From Acutalibacteraceae bacterium (GTDB taxonomy: Bacteria > Bacillota > Clostridia > Oscillospirales > Acutalibacteraceae), in contig JAZQJE010000031.1 of assembly GCA_045541495.1 (NCBI GenBank), forward strand, positions 4,029 through 68,028: DNA of 64,000 nucleotides. The letters run 5' to 3'. Numbering within the stretch: the stretch's first letter is position 1; the number at the start of each line of letters is the position of its first letter. A program made the translations under genes and the position numbers. The notes below the pieces were generated by a model. It saw only the letters and a program-made list of their open reading frames with translations, was not told the origin of the DNA and made no database searches. Positions 43,234 to 53,792 of this stretch are shown in pieces.

Positions 43234-45279
43234 TTACTCAGCAGTTTCCTCAGCAGGAGCTTCCTCTGCTTCGGTGACTTCTGCCGTTTCTTCGGCAACC
43301 TCTTCCGCAGGGGCCTCTTTTTCGATCAATGCACGGATGGACAGGCTGATGCGTTTGGCATCGTAGTCCACAGCGGTGATCTTGGCTTCCACTTCCTCGC
43401 CCACTTTCAGCGCATCTTGGGGTTTATCGATGCGGCGATCGGCGATCTGGGAAATGTGGATCAAGCCGTCAACACCGGGGATGATCTGCGCGAAAGCGCC
43501 GAAGGTGGTCATACCTACGATCTTCACGGTGACAACATCGTCCACATGGTAGTTGTTTTTGAAAATCTCAAAGGGGTTGTCTTCCGCACGGCGGTATCCC
43601 AGAGAGATCTTTTTCTTTTCTTGGTCCAGATCACGGATGTATACGTCCACCGTGTCGCCCACGTTGACGACTTCGGAGGGGTGCTTGATGTGATTCCAAG
43701 ACAATTCGGAAATGTGCACCATACCGTCTACGCCGCCCAGATCCACAAACGCACCGTAGGAGGTGAGGGATTTGACAACGCCGGTATATGTTTGGCCAAC
43801 TTCCGCTTGAGCAAAGAAGGCTTCTTCCTTCGCTTTGCGCTCTTCACGGGCAATGGCGCGAACAGAACCCACCGCGCGGTGGCGAGCATGATTGACTTCG
43901 ATGACCTTGAAGCGAACGGTCTGTTTGACCAAGGGTGTCAGATCTTCCATACGGCTGGCAGAGGCCAGAGAAGCGGGGACAAAAATCTTCACGCCGTGAG
44001 AAGCGACCAAAATACCACCTTTGATCACGTCGGTGACGATGCCTTCCAGCACCTCGCCGCTTTCGGATGCCGCCACAACGGTATCCCAGCCTTTTTTGGC
44101 ATCCACGCGTTTTTTGGACAGCATGATGGTGCCTTCTTGATCGTTGGTACGCATGATGAGCAGTTCCAGTTCATCTCCGATGTTGACCAATTCCGCGGGG
44201 TCGGTGCCTGCGGCGGACAGCTCTTCTACGGGAATGTAGCCGGTTTGTTTGCGGCCGATGACTTCGACTTGAACCTCGTTGGGAGCAATGCCCACAACGA
44301 TACCGCGCACTTTCTCATCTGTAGTTAAACTTTGAAGGGACGCTTCCAGCGCCTCTTCAAAACTCATTTCGTCAAAGGACTTGACAGGTGCGGTCTCCTC
44401 CGCAATTTCTTGGACTTCGTTGTTGTTGACTTCGGACATGGTTGAAAGTACCTCCTTTATGATATCGGCAGGGGTGGATGCTCCCGCGGTCACGCCGATC
44501 TTGCGCGCGCCCGCAAAGGTGTCTGCCTGCAACTCCGCCGCCGTTTCAATGAGAACGGTGGAACAGTGTTTTTGGCATACATCCCGCAATTTCGCGGTAT
44601 TGGAACTTTGCCGTCCGCCGACAATAACCATCACATCGCTTTGCTGTGACAGTGTATCTGCCTCCCGTTGCCGCTCGGCAGTTGCACTGCATATTGTATC
44701 AAAGATTTTGAGATTTGTATAGTGTTTTTTTGAGATTTCTTCGCATTTTTCCCAAATTTTTGAATGAAAAGTTGTCTGTGCCACCAAAACGACGGGGGCA
44801 TCTTTGGGAGGATGTTCGGATTTGATCAGTTTTTCCAGCTCTTCTTCGTCGGAAAACACATAGGATGGGCCTTCACAATGGCCGCGGATCCCCATCACCT
44901 CGGGGTGATGTTCGTCCCCCGCAATGAGGATGGTGGCGCCGGCGGCGGAATGTTGCACCGCCAAACGGTGAATTTTCGCCACAAACGGGCAGGTGGCATC
45001 GTACACATCCACGCCCTGTTCGGCCAGTTGATCATACACGGTTTTGGCAACGCCGTGAGAACGGATCACTAAGGTATGATCGGGCGGCACTTCCTCGGGA
45101 GACCAAACAATACATACGCCCCGCTCACTTAATTGTTGTACCATCTGGGGATTGTGGATGATCGGGCCGAGGGTGCACACGTTTTTTCCCTCGTCCAGCA
45201 GGCGTTCCACCGCTTCCACCGCCCGCTTAACGCCGAAACAAAAACCGGCGGATTTTGCTACAACGATCTCGGGTTTCAT
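43234..45279 (-). CDS. ispH: bifunctional 4-hydroxy-3-methylbut-2-enyl diphosphate reductase / ribosomal protein S1-domain fusion
   Basis: N-terminal LytB/IspH (AKSAGFCFGVKRAV...GPIIHN...) fused to four S1 repeats, with an acidic E/A tail. This fusion is well known in Clostridia. ATGA overlap with plsC. Confidence 0.92.
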   Translation of the reverse strand: MKPEIVVAKSAGFCFGVKRAVEAVERLLDEGKNVCTLGPIIHNPQMVQQLSERGVCIVWSPEEVPPDHTLVIRSHGVAKTVYDQLAEQGVDVYDATCPFVAKIHRLAVQHSAAGATILIAGDEHHPEVMGIRGHCEGPSYVFSDEEELEKLIKSEHPPKDAPVVLVAQTTFHSKIWEKCEEISKKHYTNLKIFDTICSATAERQREADTLSQQSDVMVIVGGRQSSNTAKLRDVCQKHCSTVLIETAAELQADTFAGARKIGVTAGASTPADIIKEVLSTMSEVNNNEVQEIAEETAPVKSFDEMSFEEALEASLQSLTTDEKVRGIVVGIAPNEVQVEVIGRKQTGYIPVEELSAAGTDPAELVNIGDELELLIMRTNDQEGTIMLSKKRVDAKKGWDTVVAASESGEVLEGIVTDVIKGGILVASHGVKIFVPASLASASRMEDLTPLVKQTVRFKVIEVNHARHRAVGSVRAIAREERKAKEEAFFAQAEVGQTYTGVVKSLTSYGAFVDLGGVDGMVHISELSWNHIKHPSEVVNVGDTVDVYIRDLDQEKKKISLGYRRAEDNPFEIFKNNYHVDDVVTVKIVGMTTFGAFAQIIPGVDGLIHISQIADRRIDKPQDALKVGEEVEAKITAVDYDAKRISLSIRALIEKEAPAEEVAEETAEVTEAEEAPAEETAE

Positions 45280-45887
45280 TTAGTTTCCTCCATCATAGCG
45301 GCAATCGTACCCATAATAGTACGGGTGGCATAGCGCAGGTCGGGTTTCTCGGGGTCTTGCAAATGTAAGTCTTCGGGTGACAACACCTTGCCAAAAGTAA
45401 TCGTGATGGGTTTAAAGGGACGCATTTTTTGCCCCTTGGTGGTGATGGCCACCGGCAACACACTGGCCCCTGTACGGGACACGATCAGTGCCGCACCGGA
45501 TTTGGGGCGCAACAACTCTCCTGTTTTGGAACGGGTACCTTCGGGGAAAATCCCCACCATCTTACCGCTGTCCACCAATTCTTTCGCCTTATCAATAGCA
45601 CCGGTGTCGCCGGTGCCCCGCTTCACGGGGAACGCACCGATCTGTTTGCCCAAAAACCACGTGAACAGTTTGTTACAAAACAATTCGGCTTTGGCCATGA
45701 AAAACACATGGCGATGTTGCACCACTTCCAACAATACGGGATCCCAATTGGAGATATGGTTACTGCACAGCACAATAGGCGGGTCGCCGGGGGTTGGGGG
45801 GATGTTCTCCCGTCCCACAACGTTGACCCACATAAAAGACCGTACAATGGGTGTTAACAAATAGACGATAGCGCGTCCGAACCGCAT
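45276..45887 (-). CDS. plsC: 1-acyl-sn-glycerol-3-phosphate acyltransferase
   Basis: Acyltransferase motifs NHISNWDP and FPEGTRS. Confidence 0.88.
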   Translation of the reverse strand: MRFGRAIVYLLTPIVRSFMWVNVVGRENIPPTPGDPPIVLCSNHISNWDPVLLEVVQHRHVFFMAKAELFCNKLFTWFLGKQIGAFPVKRGTGDTGAIDKAKELVDSGKMVGIFPEGTRSKTGELLRPKSGAALIVSRTGASVLPVAITTKGQKMRPFKPITITFGKVLSPEDLHLQDPEKPDLRYATRTIMGTIAAMMEETK

Positions 45888-45892
45888 GGGCT

Positions 45893-46570
45893 TTACCCCT
45901 CCAAAGCGTTTAAAATCGTGTTTTTCAGCAATGCCACGGACTCTTCCAAGGTGTTGTTCGTGGTATCCAGGCAGATGGCATCTTCCGCGGGGCGAAGCGG
46001 CGCCGCCGCCCGATGGGAATCGTTATAATCCCGCTCTTTCATATCGCGCAGCACTTCGTCATAGGTGGTGGCGACGCCTTTCTCTTGTAATTCTTCAAAA
46101 CGGCGTCGCGCCCGATCTTCGGCGGTGGCGGATAAAAAGATCTTCACATCGGCGAACGGCAACACCACCGTGCCGATATCCCGTCCGTCCATGATGACGC
46201 TTTGTTTACGGGCGGTATCCTGTTGCAGATGAAGGAGATATTGCCGCACCACGGGGAGCGCCGAGATGGCGGAAGCCGCCATGGACACCTCCGGTGTGCG
46301 GATGAGGTCGCTGACGTTTTCCCCATCCAGCCATACCTGCTGAACGCCGTCTTGATGGGTGAGTTCCACAATGATGGTCTCCAACATAGGTGCAACGGCG
46401 GCTTCGTCGTTTGGGGCAATCCCCCGACACAAAGCGGCATAGCCCACGGTGCGGTACAGCGCACCGGTATCCACATACAGGCAACCCAGTTGCGCCGCTA
46501 AAATGCGGGCAATGGTGCTTTTTCCCGCGCCGGCGGGACCATCAATAGCAATCGCGATGGGTTTTGTCAT
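45893..46570 (-). CDS. cmk: cytidylate kinase
   Basis: IAIDGPAGAGKSTIARILA P-loop and Cmk-like body. The internal ATG at 46570 is used because the longer ORF-track frame overlaps the upstream gene. Confidence 0.9.
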   Translation of the reverse strand: MTKPIAIAIDGPAGAGKSTIARILAAQLGCLYVDTGALYRTVGYAALCRGIAPNDEAAVAPMLETIIVELTHQDGVQQVWLDGENVSDLIRTPEVSMAASAISALPVVRQYLLHLQQDTARKQSVIMDGRDIGTVVLPFADVKIFLSATAEDRARRRFEELQEKGVATTYDEVLRDMKERDYNDSHRAAAPLRPAEDAICLDTTNNTLEESVALLKNTILNALEG

Positions 46571-46586
46571 ACCGTAATACACATCC

Positions 46587-47840
46587 TTATATATGCTCAC
46601 CGGCACACACGCCGGTGGAAAAGGCGATTTGCAAGTTGAAACCGCCGGTGTAGGCATCCACGTCGATGACTTCGCCTGCAAAATACAGGCCGCTGACCAA
46701 TTTGGATTCCATGGTGGCGGCGTTGATCTCGCGGGTGCTGACACCGCCTGCGGTGACAATGGCTTCGGCCAAAGGGCGAAAACCGCTGACGGTGAGTGTC
46801 AGTCCTTTTAACAAGGCGACCAAACGGCGGCGCTCTTCCTTGGTGACGGAGTGACACTTCTTTTCCCCCGCCAAGGGCGCCAACGATAACACCACAGGGA
46901 TGAGCGACCGCGGTAATACCGCCGACAGCGCATTGCCCAAACAGGTGTTTTTTTGTTGCTCAAATTCCCGCACCAAACGGGCGTCCACCTGTTCAGCGGA
47001 GAGCGCAGGTTTTAAATCGATGGTAAGGCGGTAGCGGCCGTCTTCCGGTTGCCGCATATGAGCGGACGCGGATAGGATCATGGGACCGGACACGCCGTAG
47101 TGCGTAAACAGCATTTCCCCAAAATCGGCGTAAACGGTCTTGCCCGTCACGGTGTCGGTGACGGTAAGGGCACTGTTTTTTAACGACAGGCCTTGCAGAT
47201 CGGGACACCACGGCTCTTTCACCGTGAGGGGGACTAAGGACGGGCGGGGCTCCACAATCGTGTGGCCCGCTTGTTTTGCCAGTCGGTAGCCGTCACCTGT
47301 GGACCCCGTACCGGGATAGGAACAACCGCCGGTACAAACGATAACGGCAAAAGCGGAAAGGGCGTTGCCGCTTTCTAACGTGACCCCTGTGCACACGCCA
47401 TCTTCTATACGTAAAGCGGCAGCACGGTCGTTTACAAACCGCACCCCGCCATCTTTCGCATACTGGACAAGGGCATCCACGATATCCACCGCTTTATCCG
47501 ACAGGGGAAAAACACGGTTGCCCCGTTCGGTTTTGAGCGGTACGCCCTGTTCTTCAAAAAACGCCATGGTGTCGGCGGGCGAAAAGGCGGAAAAGGCACT
47601 GTATAAAAAGCGGCCGTTGCCTACCACGGCGGCCACGCAATCCGCGACGGAACAGTTGTTGGTGACGTTACAACGGCCTTTGCCGGTAATCATCACTTTG
47701 CGGGCGGGACGGGGATTGCGTTCGATGACGGTGACCCGATAGCCCCGCCGCGCGGCACGGCCTGCCGCCATTAAACCGGCGGCACCGCCGCCGATAACCA
47801 GAATATCAGCCATGGTTGTCGGTTGAGGGTTGGTAGACAT
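46587..47840 (-). CDS. HI0933/BaiN-like FAD-dependent oxidoreductase
   Basis: ADILVIGGGAAGLMAA dinucleotide fold and HI0933-family body (GKGRCNVTN). GGGAGG lies 6 nt before the ATG at 47840; the alternative start at 47813 has no RBS. Confidence 0.75.
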   Translation of the reverse strand: MSTNPQPTTMADILVIGGGAAGLMAAGRAARRGYRVTVIERNPRPARKVMITGKGRCNVTNNCSVADCVAAVVGNGRFLYSAFSAFSPADTMAFFEEQGVPLKTERGNRVFPLSDKAVDIVDALVQYAKDGGVRFVNDRAAALRIEDGVCTGVTLESGNALSAFAVIVCTGGCSYPGTGSTGDGYRLAKQAGHTIVEPRPSLVPLTVKEPWCPDLQGLSLKNSALTVTDTVTGKTVYADFGEMLFTHYGVSGPMILSASAHMRQPEDGRYRLTIDLKPALSAEQVDARLVREFEQQKNTCLGNALSAVLPRSLIPVVLSLAPLAGEKKCHSVTKEERRRLVALLKGLTLTVSGFRPLAEAIVTAGGVSTREINAATMESKLVSGLYFAGEVIDVDAYTGGFNLQIAFSTGVCAGEHI

Positions 47841-48678
47841 GGTACGCCTCCCACAGGGTTTCCAGTTCGTTGAGGGTATCGCGGTTTTCGTCCATCCGTT
47901 TGAGAGACACCGCCACCAATAAGGCATTGATAATACTCATGGGAGCTACGAGCGAATCCACAATGGTAGCCATATCGCTGTGGGCCGCCAATAAGCAAGA
48001 CGACAGTTCCGCCACGGGAGAGAGCAGACCGTCGGTGATGGCGATAACTTTTGTGCCGCGGGAATGGGCAAAGTGTGCCGTTTTGACGGTCTTGCTGGAA
48101 TAACGGGGAAAACTGAGCACCACCAAGGCATCTTCTTCGCTGATGTGGATCATTTCTTCCAGAATTTCCGTTTCGGTAGAGGTGCTGATCAAACAAATAT
48201 CGGGTAACAATAATTTGAGATAATAGGCAAAGAAATTGGCAAGAGCCCGACAACTGCCCGCGCCGAACACATACACACGGCGGGCGCTCACCAAATGGGA
48301 CACCGCCTCGTCAAAGGTTTCTTTGGGCAATTCTTCCAAGGTTTGGCGGATGTTGTTCATATCGTAGGTCATGACCCGTTCCATCACTTCGTCGTCCGCC
48401 ATGCGGGCGCGGGTGACCTCCACCCGTTGGACACTGGTAAGTTTACTGCGTACCAGCTCCTGAATGGCTTTTTGCAGGCGGGGATATCCGTCAAATCCCA
48501 ATTCCGATGCGAAACGCACCACGGTAGATTCGCTGACTCCTACCGTTTTACCCAAACGGCTGGCCGTCATATACGCGGCTTCGTCATAGTGTTCTAAAAT
48601 ATAGGCAGCAATGAGCCGCTGACCTTTTGAAAAGGTGGGTAATAACCGGGTGATATGGGCTGTCAGATTCGTTTTCAC
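47806..48678 (-). CDS. MurR/RpiR family transcriptional regulator (HTH plus SIS domain)
   Basis: N-terminal RpiR HTH (FSKGQRLIAAYILEHY...ASRLGKTVGVSESTVVRFA) and a SIS domain (VYVFGAGSC). Confidence 0.85.
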   Translation of the reverse strand: MKTNLTAHITRLLPTFSKGQRLIAAYILEHYDEAAYMTASRLGKTVGVSESTVVRFASELGFDGYPRLQKAIQELVRSKLTSVQRVEVTRARMADDEVMERVMTYDMNNIRQTLEELPKETFDEAVSHLVSARRVYVFGAGSCRALANFFAYYLKLLLPDICLISTSTETEILEEMIHISEEDALVVLSFPRYSSKTVKTAHFAHSRGTKVIAITDGLLSPVAELSSCLLAAHSDMATIVDSLVAPMSIINALLVAVSLKRMDENRDTLNELETLWEAYHVYQPSTDNHG

Positions 48679-48773
48679 CGAACATCACGACCTCTCTTTT
48701 TATCCTATCCAGTGTACCGCGTTTTCGCCCAAAATGCAAGATTTAATTTCCAACTTGCAAAAAGCAAGCGCCG

Positions 48774-49316
48774 TTACTTCAGCAAACGGCGCAAGAACGG
48801 TTGAAACCGTGAAAAATACAAAGGGAGCGCTCTGGTAAGGCCGATATCATACAACACAAAGATCCCGTTTCCTGCCAACAGGAACAGTCCCAACACCCCA
48901 TAGAGGGAAAGGTTGATACCCGGCAGCATAAACTCTTCCATGGGAAACCCCACGACGGCTAACAGACTGTATCCCGCGATGACGGCGGCATTAAAAACGC
49001 CCAGTTTGATGATCCATTCTACAACACGGCTGCGGCGGGATTCTGCCACGGATTTGAGGAGCGGATAATACCCGAAAAAGGCCACATACAAGATCTTAGC
49101 TTCCCAGTCGGGCGTAATCAGTAAGGCGAGCAACGCCGTTGCTGTATAAACCGCCGCACCGCTTCGCTTGCCGCATTCGATAATAACGGGAAACAAAAAT
49201 ACGCTTGCGAGGCACGGCAACGCATAGGTGGCAAAGGGAAATAGGGTGAGCAACAGACAGGTCAGCGACAGGGCACCCATGATACCGCCCAGTGCCAATT
49301 TGGATGTGTTTTTCAC
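48774..49316 (-). CDS. polytopic membrane protein of unknown function
   Basis: About 5 TM helices and no motif I can name. The GTG start is 9 nt after the J-protein stop, with a GAGGTGA RBS. Confidence 0.5.
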   Translation of the reverse strand: MKNTSKLALGGIMGALSLTCLLLTLFPFATYALPCLASVFLFPVIIECGKRSGAAVYTATALLALLITPDWEAKILYVAFFGYYPLLKSVAESRRSRVVEWIIKLGVFNAAVIAGYSLLAVVGFPMEEFMLPGINLSLYGVLGLFLLAGNGIFVLYDIGLTRALPLYFSRFQPFLRRLLK

Positions 49317-49325
49317 CGTATCACC

Positions 49326-49946
49326 TCAACAACAGGGGATCAGGTCGCCGCCCATACATTCGCAACAACAGTCGGCGCAGATCAGACTGTTGCACACATC
49401 GCAGGTGGAACAACCGCCCCCCGTGCCGGGATGGACACGGTAGCCGCCCGTTTGCCGTTGTTGTTCCATACGGTTGAAGGCGGCGCGGTATTCGGGATTG
49501 GAAGGGTCCATACGGGTGGCGGTGGAAAAATGATTGTGGGCGTCGTCCAGCCAACCTTTTTTATACAGGACACTGCCTTTCAGAAAATACCATTCCGCAT
49601 CGCGGGAAGGAGCAGGAATACCATCTAACAGGGTTTCCGCATCAATGGTGCGGCCCAAACGGATCAAGTTGCGGATATCGCTGTAACGGGAAGAACCGCT
49701 GTTGTAACCCGCGTTGCCGTTCGCATAGCCCGCATTGCCCGCCGACGAGCCCCCCTGGCGGCGCATACGAATGATGGCATCGTACGCTTCATTGATCTCT
49801 TGCATTTTCTCTTCTGCCAGATCGGAAAGAGGGTTATCCCCGTAGTTGTCGGGATGATATTTTCTCGCCAGTTCCCGATAGGCGGCTTTCACTTCATCAT
49901 CCGTGGCGTTGGCGCTGACACCCAACACTTCATAAGGATTTTTCAT
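49326..49946 (-). CDS. J-domain protein with TPR-like region and Cys-rich C-terminus
   Basis: J domain ([33 protein letters not shown]), a G/S/N linker, a TPR-like segment, and a tail with 10 Cys in 28 aa ([28 protein letters not shown]). AAGGAGAGGAA RBS lies before the ATG at 49946. Confidence 0.8.
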   Translation of the reverse strand: MKNPYEVLGVSANATDDEVKAAYRELARKYHPDNYGDNPLSDLAEEKMQEINEAYDAIIRMRRQGGSSAGNAGYANGNAGYNSGSSRYSDIRNLIRLGRTIDAETLLDGIPAPSRDAEWYFLKGSVLYKKGWLDDAHNHFSTATRMDPSNPEYRAAFNRMEQQRQTGGYRVHPGTGGGCSTCDVCNSLICADCCCECMGGDLIPCC

Positions 49947-50802
49947 GGTCGTTCCTCTCCTTTTGCTGAAGGGCGGGCATGCCCCACTCCAGCATGTTAC
50001 GCAATATGCCGTCGAAACGGCGGATTTCCAGTAATTCATAGGCGGCTTTACATTCCGCCAAACATCCGTTGAGAGTGAAAAGAGTTTTTTGTCGCAAGGT
50101 GGTTACTTGCCCGAGATCGTAGACGGTAAGACCGGCTGACAACGCCAAGGGGTTGTAGCACCCGTGTTTCAGATCTTGTTCCAGATCGTCTGCAGCATCC
50201 ATCACATAGATCCACCGTCCCAAACAATAACCAAAACGCGCCAGTACCCGCTTTTGCCGTTCATTTTGCACTTCTGCTGTAAACAGAAATTCCAACAACC
50301 TGGCAGTGGGCTCGGCGGCTTGGTCGATGGACGAGCAGGCGGCTTGTTCCAGAATAGTCTGTTGTTGCATACAGGCCGCCACCGCCTTATCCCACTCGGG
50401 ATGAAGGCGAGCCGCACGGCGGCGATCCCGCGCCGCCATAGGCAATAGCAGACGAGCCGCCGAGGCTTTCAAAAAGCCGCTGTCGGCAATGGTGTCACGC
50501 AATTTGTGATAGGTGAGCAACACCGCCGCATCCGCCACGGCATTTAACTGTTCTGTGTTGCAACTGCAGGTGCGTTTTTTGAAAGGATTATACGGGCAAC
50601 GGGCTTTGCGAAAACCCGTGCAGTCCGCAGACATCCCCATTTTCAACAATGCGAGAAAGGTGAAGTCGTAACTGAGTGACCATTGAGCAAACAACCCATA
50701 GCGTTTACCCAAATTACGACACAAGCCGCAATAGATGCCACGGTATTGTTCAAATTCGCCCATTTTCAGTTCCGGTTGATATACTTTGACATAGCCGAAC
50801 AT
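49930..50802 (-). CDS. DUF5685-like Cys-containing protein
   Basis: N-terminus [36 protein letters not shown] matches my recollection of the DUF5685 family. It overlaps the J-protein start by 17 nt. Confidence 0.6.
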   Translation of the reverse strand: MFGYVKVYQPELKMGEFEQYRGIYCGLCRNLGKRYGLFAQWSLSYDFTFLALLKMGMSADCTGFRKARCPYNPFKKRTCSCNTEQLNAVADAAVLLTYHKLRDTIADSGFLKASAARLLLPMAARDRRRAARLHPEWDKAVAACMQQQTILEQAACSSIDQAAEPTARLLEFLFTAEVQNERQKRVLARFGYCLGRWIYVMDAADDLEQDLKHGCYNPLALSAGLTVYDLGQVTTLRQKTLFTLNGCLAECKAAYELLEIRRFDGILRNMLEWGMPALQQKERNDHEKSL

Positions 50803-50943
50803 GATCCTCACCCTAATAGTATGATAATGGATTTAAAGTTTAGTGTATGAAAGATTTGTAAATATTTGTTGGCTGCATACTTTTACCGCAACTGTACCAT
50901 ACTATCAACAGCAAAGACAAATTTGACCGAGGAGGGAATCGTT

Positions 50944-51159
50944 ATGCTGGATAGATTGGCGTTATTGTTGGTCGTGATCGGCGCTCTCAACTGGGGAAGC
51001 ATCGGTCTGTTCCAATTCGATCTGGTTGCTTGGATCGGCGGTGGACAGGATGGCCCCATCAGCCGTGTTATCTACACTTTGGTGGCGTTGGCGGGCGTAT
51101 GGTGTATCTCGCTGTTTTTCCGTAAACGGGAACACTTATTACACGAAGGCGACCAATAA
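50944..51159 (+). CDS. DUF378 small membrane protein
   Basis: LALLLVVIGALNWGSIGLFQFDLVAW is the DUF378 signature. GAGGAGGG RBS lies before the ATG at 50944. Confidence 0.8.
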   Translation: MLDRLALLLVVIGALNWGSIGLFQFDLVAWIGGGQDGPISRVIYTLVALAGVWCISLFFRKREHLLHEGDQ

Positions 51160-51209
51160 TCCCATTTTAGTGTGGCAGAATTCGAACTCTGTCACACTAA
51201 GCACTAAAG

Positions 51210-51243
51210 ATAGGGCGACGCTTCGTGGGAAGTGCCGCCCTAT
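51210..51243. terminator. bidirectional terminator between DUF378 and ackA
   Basis: ATAGGGCG-(ac)-GCTTC-gtgg-GAAGT-(gc)-CGCCCTAT, a long interrupted hairpin between convergent genes. Confidence 0.6.
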
Positions 51244-51257
51244 ATTGTCGTTGTTGT

Positions 51258-52451
51258 TTATTTTACCAGTTCCATGGTATCGCGGGCAATGACCAGTTCT
51301 TCGTTGGTGGGAATGATGAAGCCGCGCACGGTGGATTCTTTGGTGGTGATCTCCCGTTCCACACCGCGGACATCGTTGGCTTCGTAGTCTACTTCCACGC
51401 CCATGTACGCCAATTTTTCCAAAATTTCGGCGCGAAGCAGTTTTTGGTTTTCACCGATACCGGCGGTGAACACGATGGCGTCCAGACCGCCCAATGCGGC
51501 TACATAACTACCGATGTATTTGAGGATCTGATAACTGCGCATATCCCATGCCAATTGCGCACGGTCGTTACCTTCTTCGATGGCAGCGGCGATGTCGCGG
51601 TCATCACTGGACACGCCGGACACACCCAGCATACCGGATTTTTTGTTCATCAGGTCGTCCATTTGCTTGGGGGTGAGACCCTCTTTTTCCATAATAAAGG
51701 TGACGGCGGAGGGGTCTAACGTACCGCAACGGGTACCCATCAGGAAACCGTCCAACGGGGTGAGACCCATGGTGGTGTCGATGACTTTGCCGTCTTTGAT
51801 GGCGGCAATGGACGAGCCGTTGCCCAGATGGCAGGTAATGATGCGGGTGCCTTGGCCATCGGGTTTGCCCAGCAGTTCACAGCAACGGGCCGATACGTAC
51901 CGATGGGACGTGCCGTGGAAGCCGTAGCGGCGGATACCGTGTTTCTCACACAGTTCATAAGGCAGACCCCACAGATAGGCAACGGGGGGCATGGTTTGAT
52001 GGAACGCCGTGTCGAACACCGCGACTTGAGGAGTGTCTTTGCCGAACGTGGCAATGGACGCTTCGATACCTTTGAGGGAAGCGGGGTTGTGCAAAGGTGC
52101 CAAACTGGAATATTCCTGAATCTTGGCGATCACATCATCGTCGATCAAAACGGAACGGTTGTATGCCGTACCGCCTTGCACGGTGCGGTGACCCACAGCG
52201 GTTACTTCGGACAGGTCGTTAATGACTTTGCCTTCCCCTTCGGTGAGGGCGGCTTTGACCTGCGCGAAAGCGGCGGTGTGATCGGGCATATCTACATCTT
52301 TCTTAAATTCTTTACCATTTACTTTATGGGTGAATTTACCGTCGATCCCGATGCGTTCACACAGACCTTTGGCAACGGTCACTTCACCGTCCATATCGAT
52401 GAGTTGATACTTGAGGGAAGAACTTCCCGCATTGATAACAAGAATTTTCAT
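51258..52451 (-). CDS. ackA: acetate kinase
   Basis: N-terminus MKILVINAGSSSLKYQL, then HRTVQGG and FHGTSHRYV motifs. The ATG at 52451 is preferred because the upstream ATG at 52475 lacks an RBS. Confidence 0.95.
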   Translation of the reverse strand: MKILVINAGSSSLKYQLIDMDGEVTVAKGLCERIGIDGKFTHKVNGKEFKKDVDMPDHTAAFAQVKAALTEGEGKVINDLSEVTAVGHRTVQGGTAYNRSVLIDDDVIAKIQEYSSLAPLHNPASLKGIEASIATFGKDTPQVAVFDTAFHQTMPPVAYLWGLPYELCEKHGIRRYGFHGTSHRYVSARCCELLGKPDGQGTRIITCHLGNGSSIAAIKDGKVIDTTMGLTPLDGFLMGTRCGTLDPSAVTFIMEKEGLTPKQMDDLMNKKSGMLGVSGVSSDDRDIAAAIEEGNDRAQLAWDMRSYQILKYIGSYVAALGGLDAIVFTAGIGENQKLLRAEILEKLAYMGVEVDYEANDVRGVEREITTKESTVRGFIIPTNEELVIARDTMELVK

Positions 52452-52505
52452 TGGTATTTCTTTCTCCTTATCCATTGATTTTACGGTATAAACAATATAT
52501 ACTTA

Positions 52506-52534
52506 ATAATAGTATGATTTCTCCCGTTTTTCAA
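52506..52534 (-). promoter_or_regulatory. ackA promoter candidate
   Basis: Minus strand reads TTGAAA (52534-52529), 17 nt spacer, TATTAT (52511-52506). Confidence 0.4.
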
Positions 52535-52580
52535 CCGCTTTTTTACATTTTTTTATTTTTTATGAAATGAGGGGTTCTCC

Positions 52581-53792
52581 ATGCGCATTGCCGGTATCGT
52601 CGCGGAATACAATCCGTTCCACAACGGACACGCGTATCACATTGAGAAAACCAAAGAAGTGCACGGCGGCTGTGAAGCCACTCATGTGGTGGCGGTCATG
52701 AGCGGCAGTTTTGTGCAACGGGGCGAGCCCGCGGCGCTCACCAAGTTTGACCGCGCCCGCGCCGCTTTGGCGGGAGGCGCCGATCTGGTGTTGGAATTGC
52801 CGGTGCCGTGGTCGCTGGCATCGGCGGAGAAGTTTGCCTTCGGCGCGGTGTCTATGTTAGAGGCACTGGGGTGCGTAGATTATATCAGTTTCGGGTCGGA
52901 AGCGGGCGCACTTGAACCACTGGAACGGGCAGTCAACATAATGGAAACACCCCGCTTTGCCACCTTGCTGAAATATTTTATGGATACGGGTACCAGTTTC
53001 CCCGAAGCGGGGCAAAAGGCGCTTACGGAGATCGCGGGAGAAACCTGCGGCAACCTATTATCCACCCCCAATAACACCTTGGCCATCGAATATTTAAAAG
53101 CGTTGCGGCGGTTATCCTCCTCTATCCGCCCTTTTACCATCGGACGGTATAAGGTGGAGCACGACAGCGAAGTACCGCTGGGCAATATGGCCTCAGCCAC
53201 CTATCTGCGGTCGTTATTGTACAGCGATCGGATGATGGCGGCATTCCCCTTTATGCCCGCTCCGTGTACCGCGGTGTTGTCCGATGCCGCCACGGCGGGA
53301 CGGACGGTAGCTTCAGCGGAACGATTGGAACGGGCAGTGCTTTCTCATCTGCGTTCACTGACCGTAGAACAGATCGCGGCGTTGCCGGGAATTTCCGAAG
53401 GTTTGGAAAATCGTGTGTATACTGCCATCCGCAACGCCGCTTCGCTGACGGAACTGGAAGAAGCCATTAAGACCAGGCGCTATCCGCTGACCCGTGTACG
53501 ACGGCTCATTTGGGCGGCGTATTTGGGCATCCCTAAGACGGGGCCGTTCGATCGTGTACCTTATCTGCGGATTTTGGCGGCCAGCAGCCGTGGAAAAGAG
53601 ATCCTTTCCGCCGCAAAGCCCGCGGTGCCGTTTATTCATCGGTCCTCTCAAATTTCGAAAATGGACGAGCACATCGGGCGGTTGTTTGAGTTGGAATGTC
53701 GCGCCACGAATCTACACGCACTGGCGTTTCCCATGCCTCTCCCCTGCGGCACGGATCACACCACGGGACTCATTCGGGGGGATACGGTATGA
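52581..53792 (+). CDS. tmcAL: tRNA(Met) cytidine acetate ligase (YlbM/UPF0348 family)
   Basis: MRIAGIVAEYNPFHNGHAYHI nucleotidyltransferase N-terminus typical of TmcAL. 403 aa. Confidence 0.85.
   Translation: MRIAGIVAEYNPFHNGHAYHIEKTKEVHGGCEATHVVAVMSGSFVQRGEPAALTKFDRARAALAGGADLVLELPVPWSLASAEKFAFGAVSMLEALGCVDYISFGSEAGALEPLERAVNIMETPRFATLLKYFMDTGTSFPEAGQKALTEIAGETCGNLLSTPNNTLAIEYLKALRRLSSSIRPFTIGRYKVEHDSEVPLGNMASATYLRSLLYSDRMMAAFPFMPAPCTAVLSDAATAGRTVASAERLERAVLSHLRSLTVEQIAALPGISEGLENRVYTAIRNAASLTELEEAIKTRRYPLTRVRRLIWAAYLGIPKTGPFDRVPYLRILAASSRGKEILSAAKPAVPFIHRSSQISKMDEHIGRLFELECRATNLHALAFPMPLPCGTDHTTGLIRGDTV

Noticed and set aside
43222-44328. 368-aa plus-strand ORF opposite the ispH-S1 fusion gene
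   Set aside because: It is the antisense frame of a well-supported gene, with no RBS and no recognisable domains. The same reasoning applies to 39825-40730, 7887-8558, 13025-13597 and 51828-52478.
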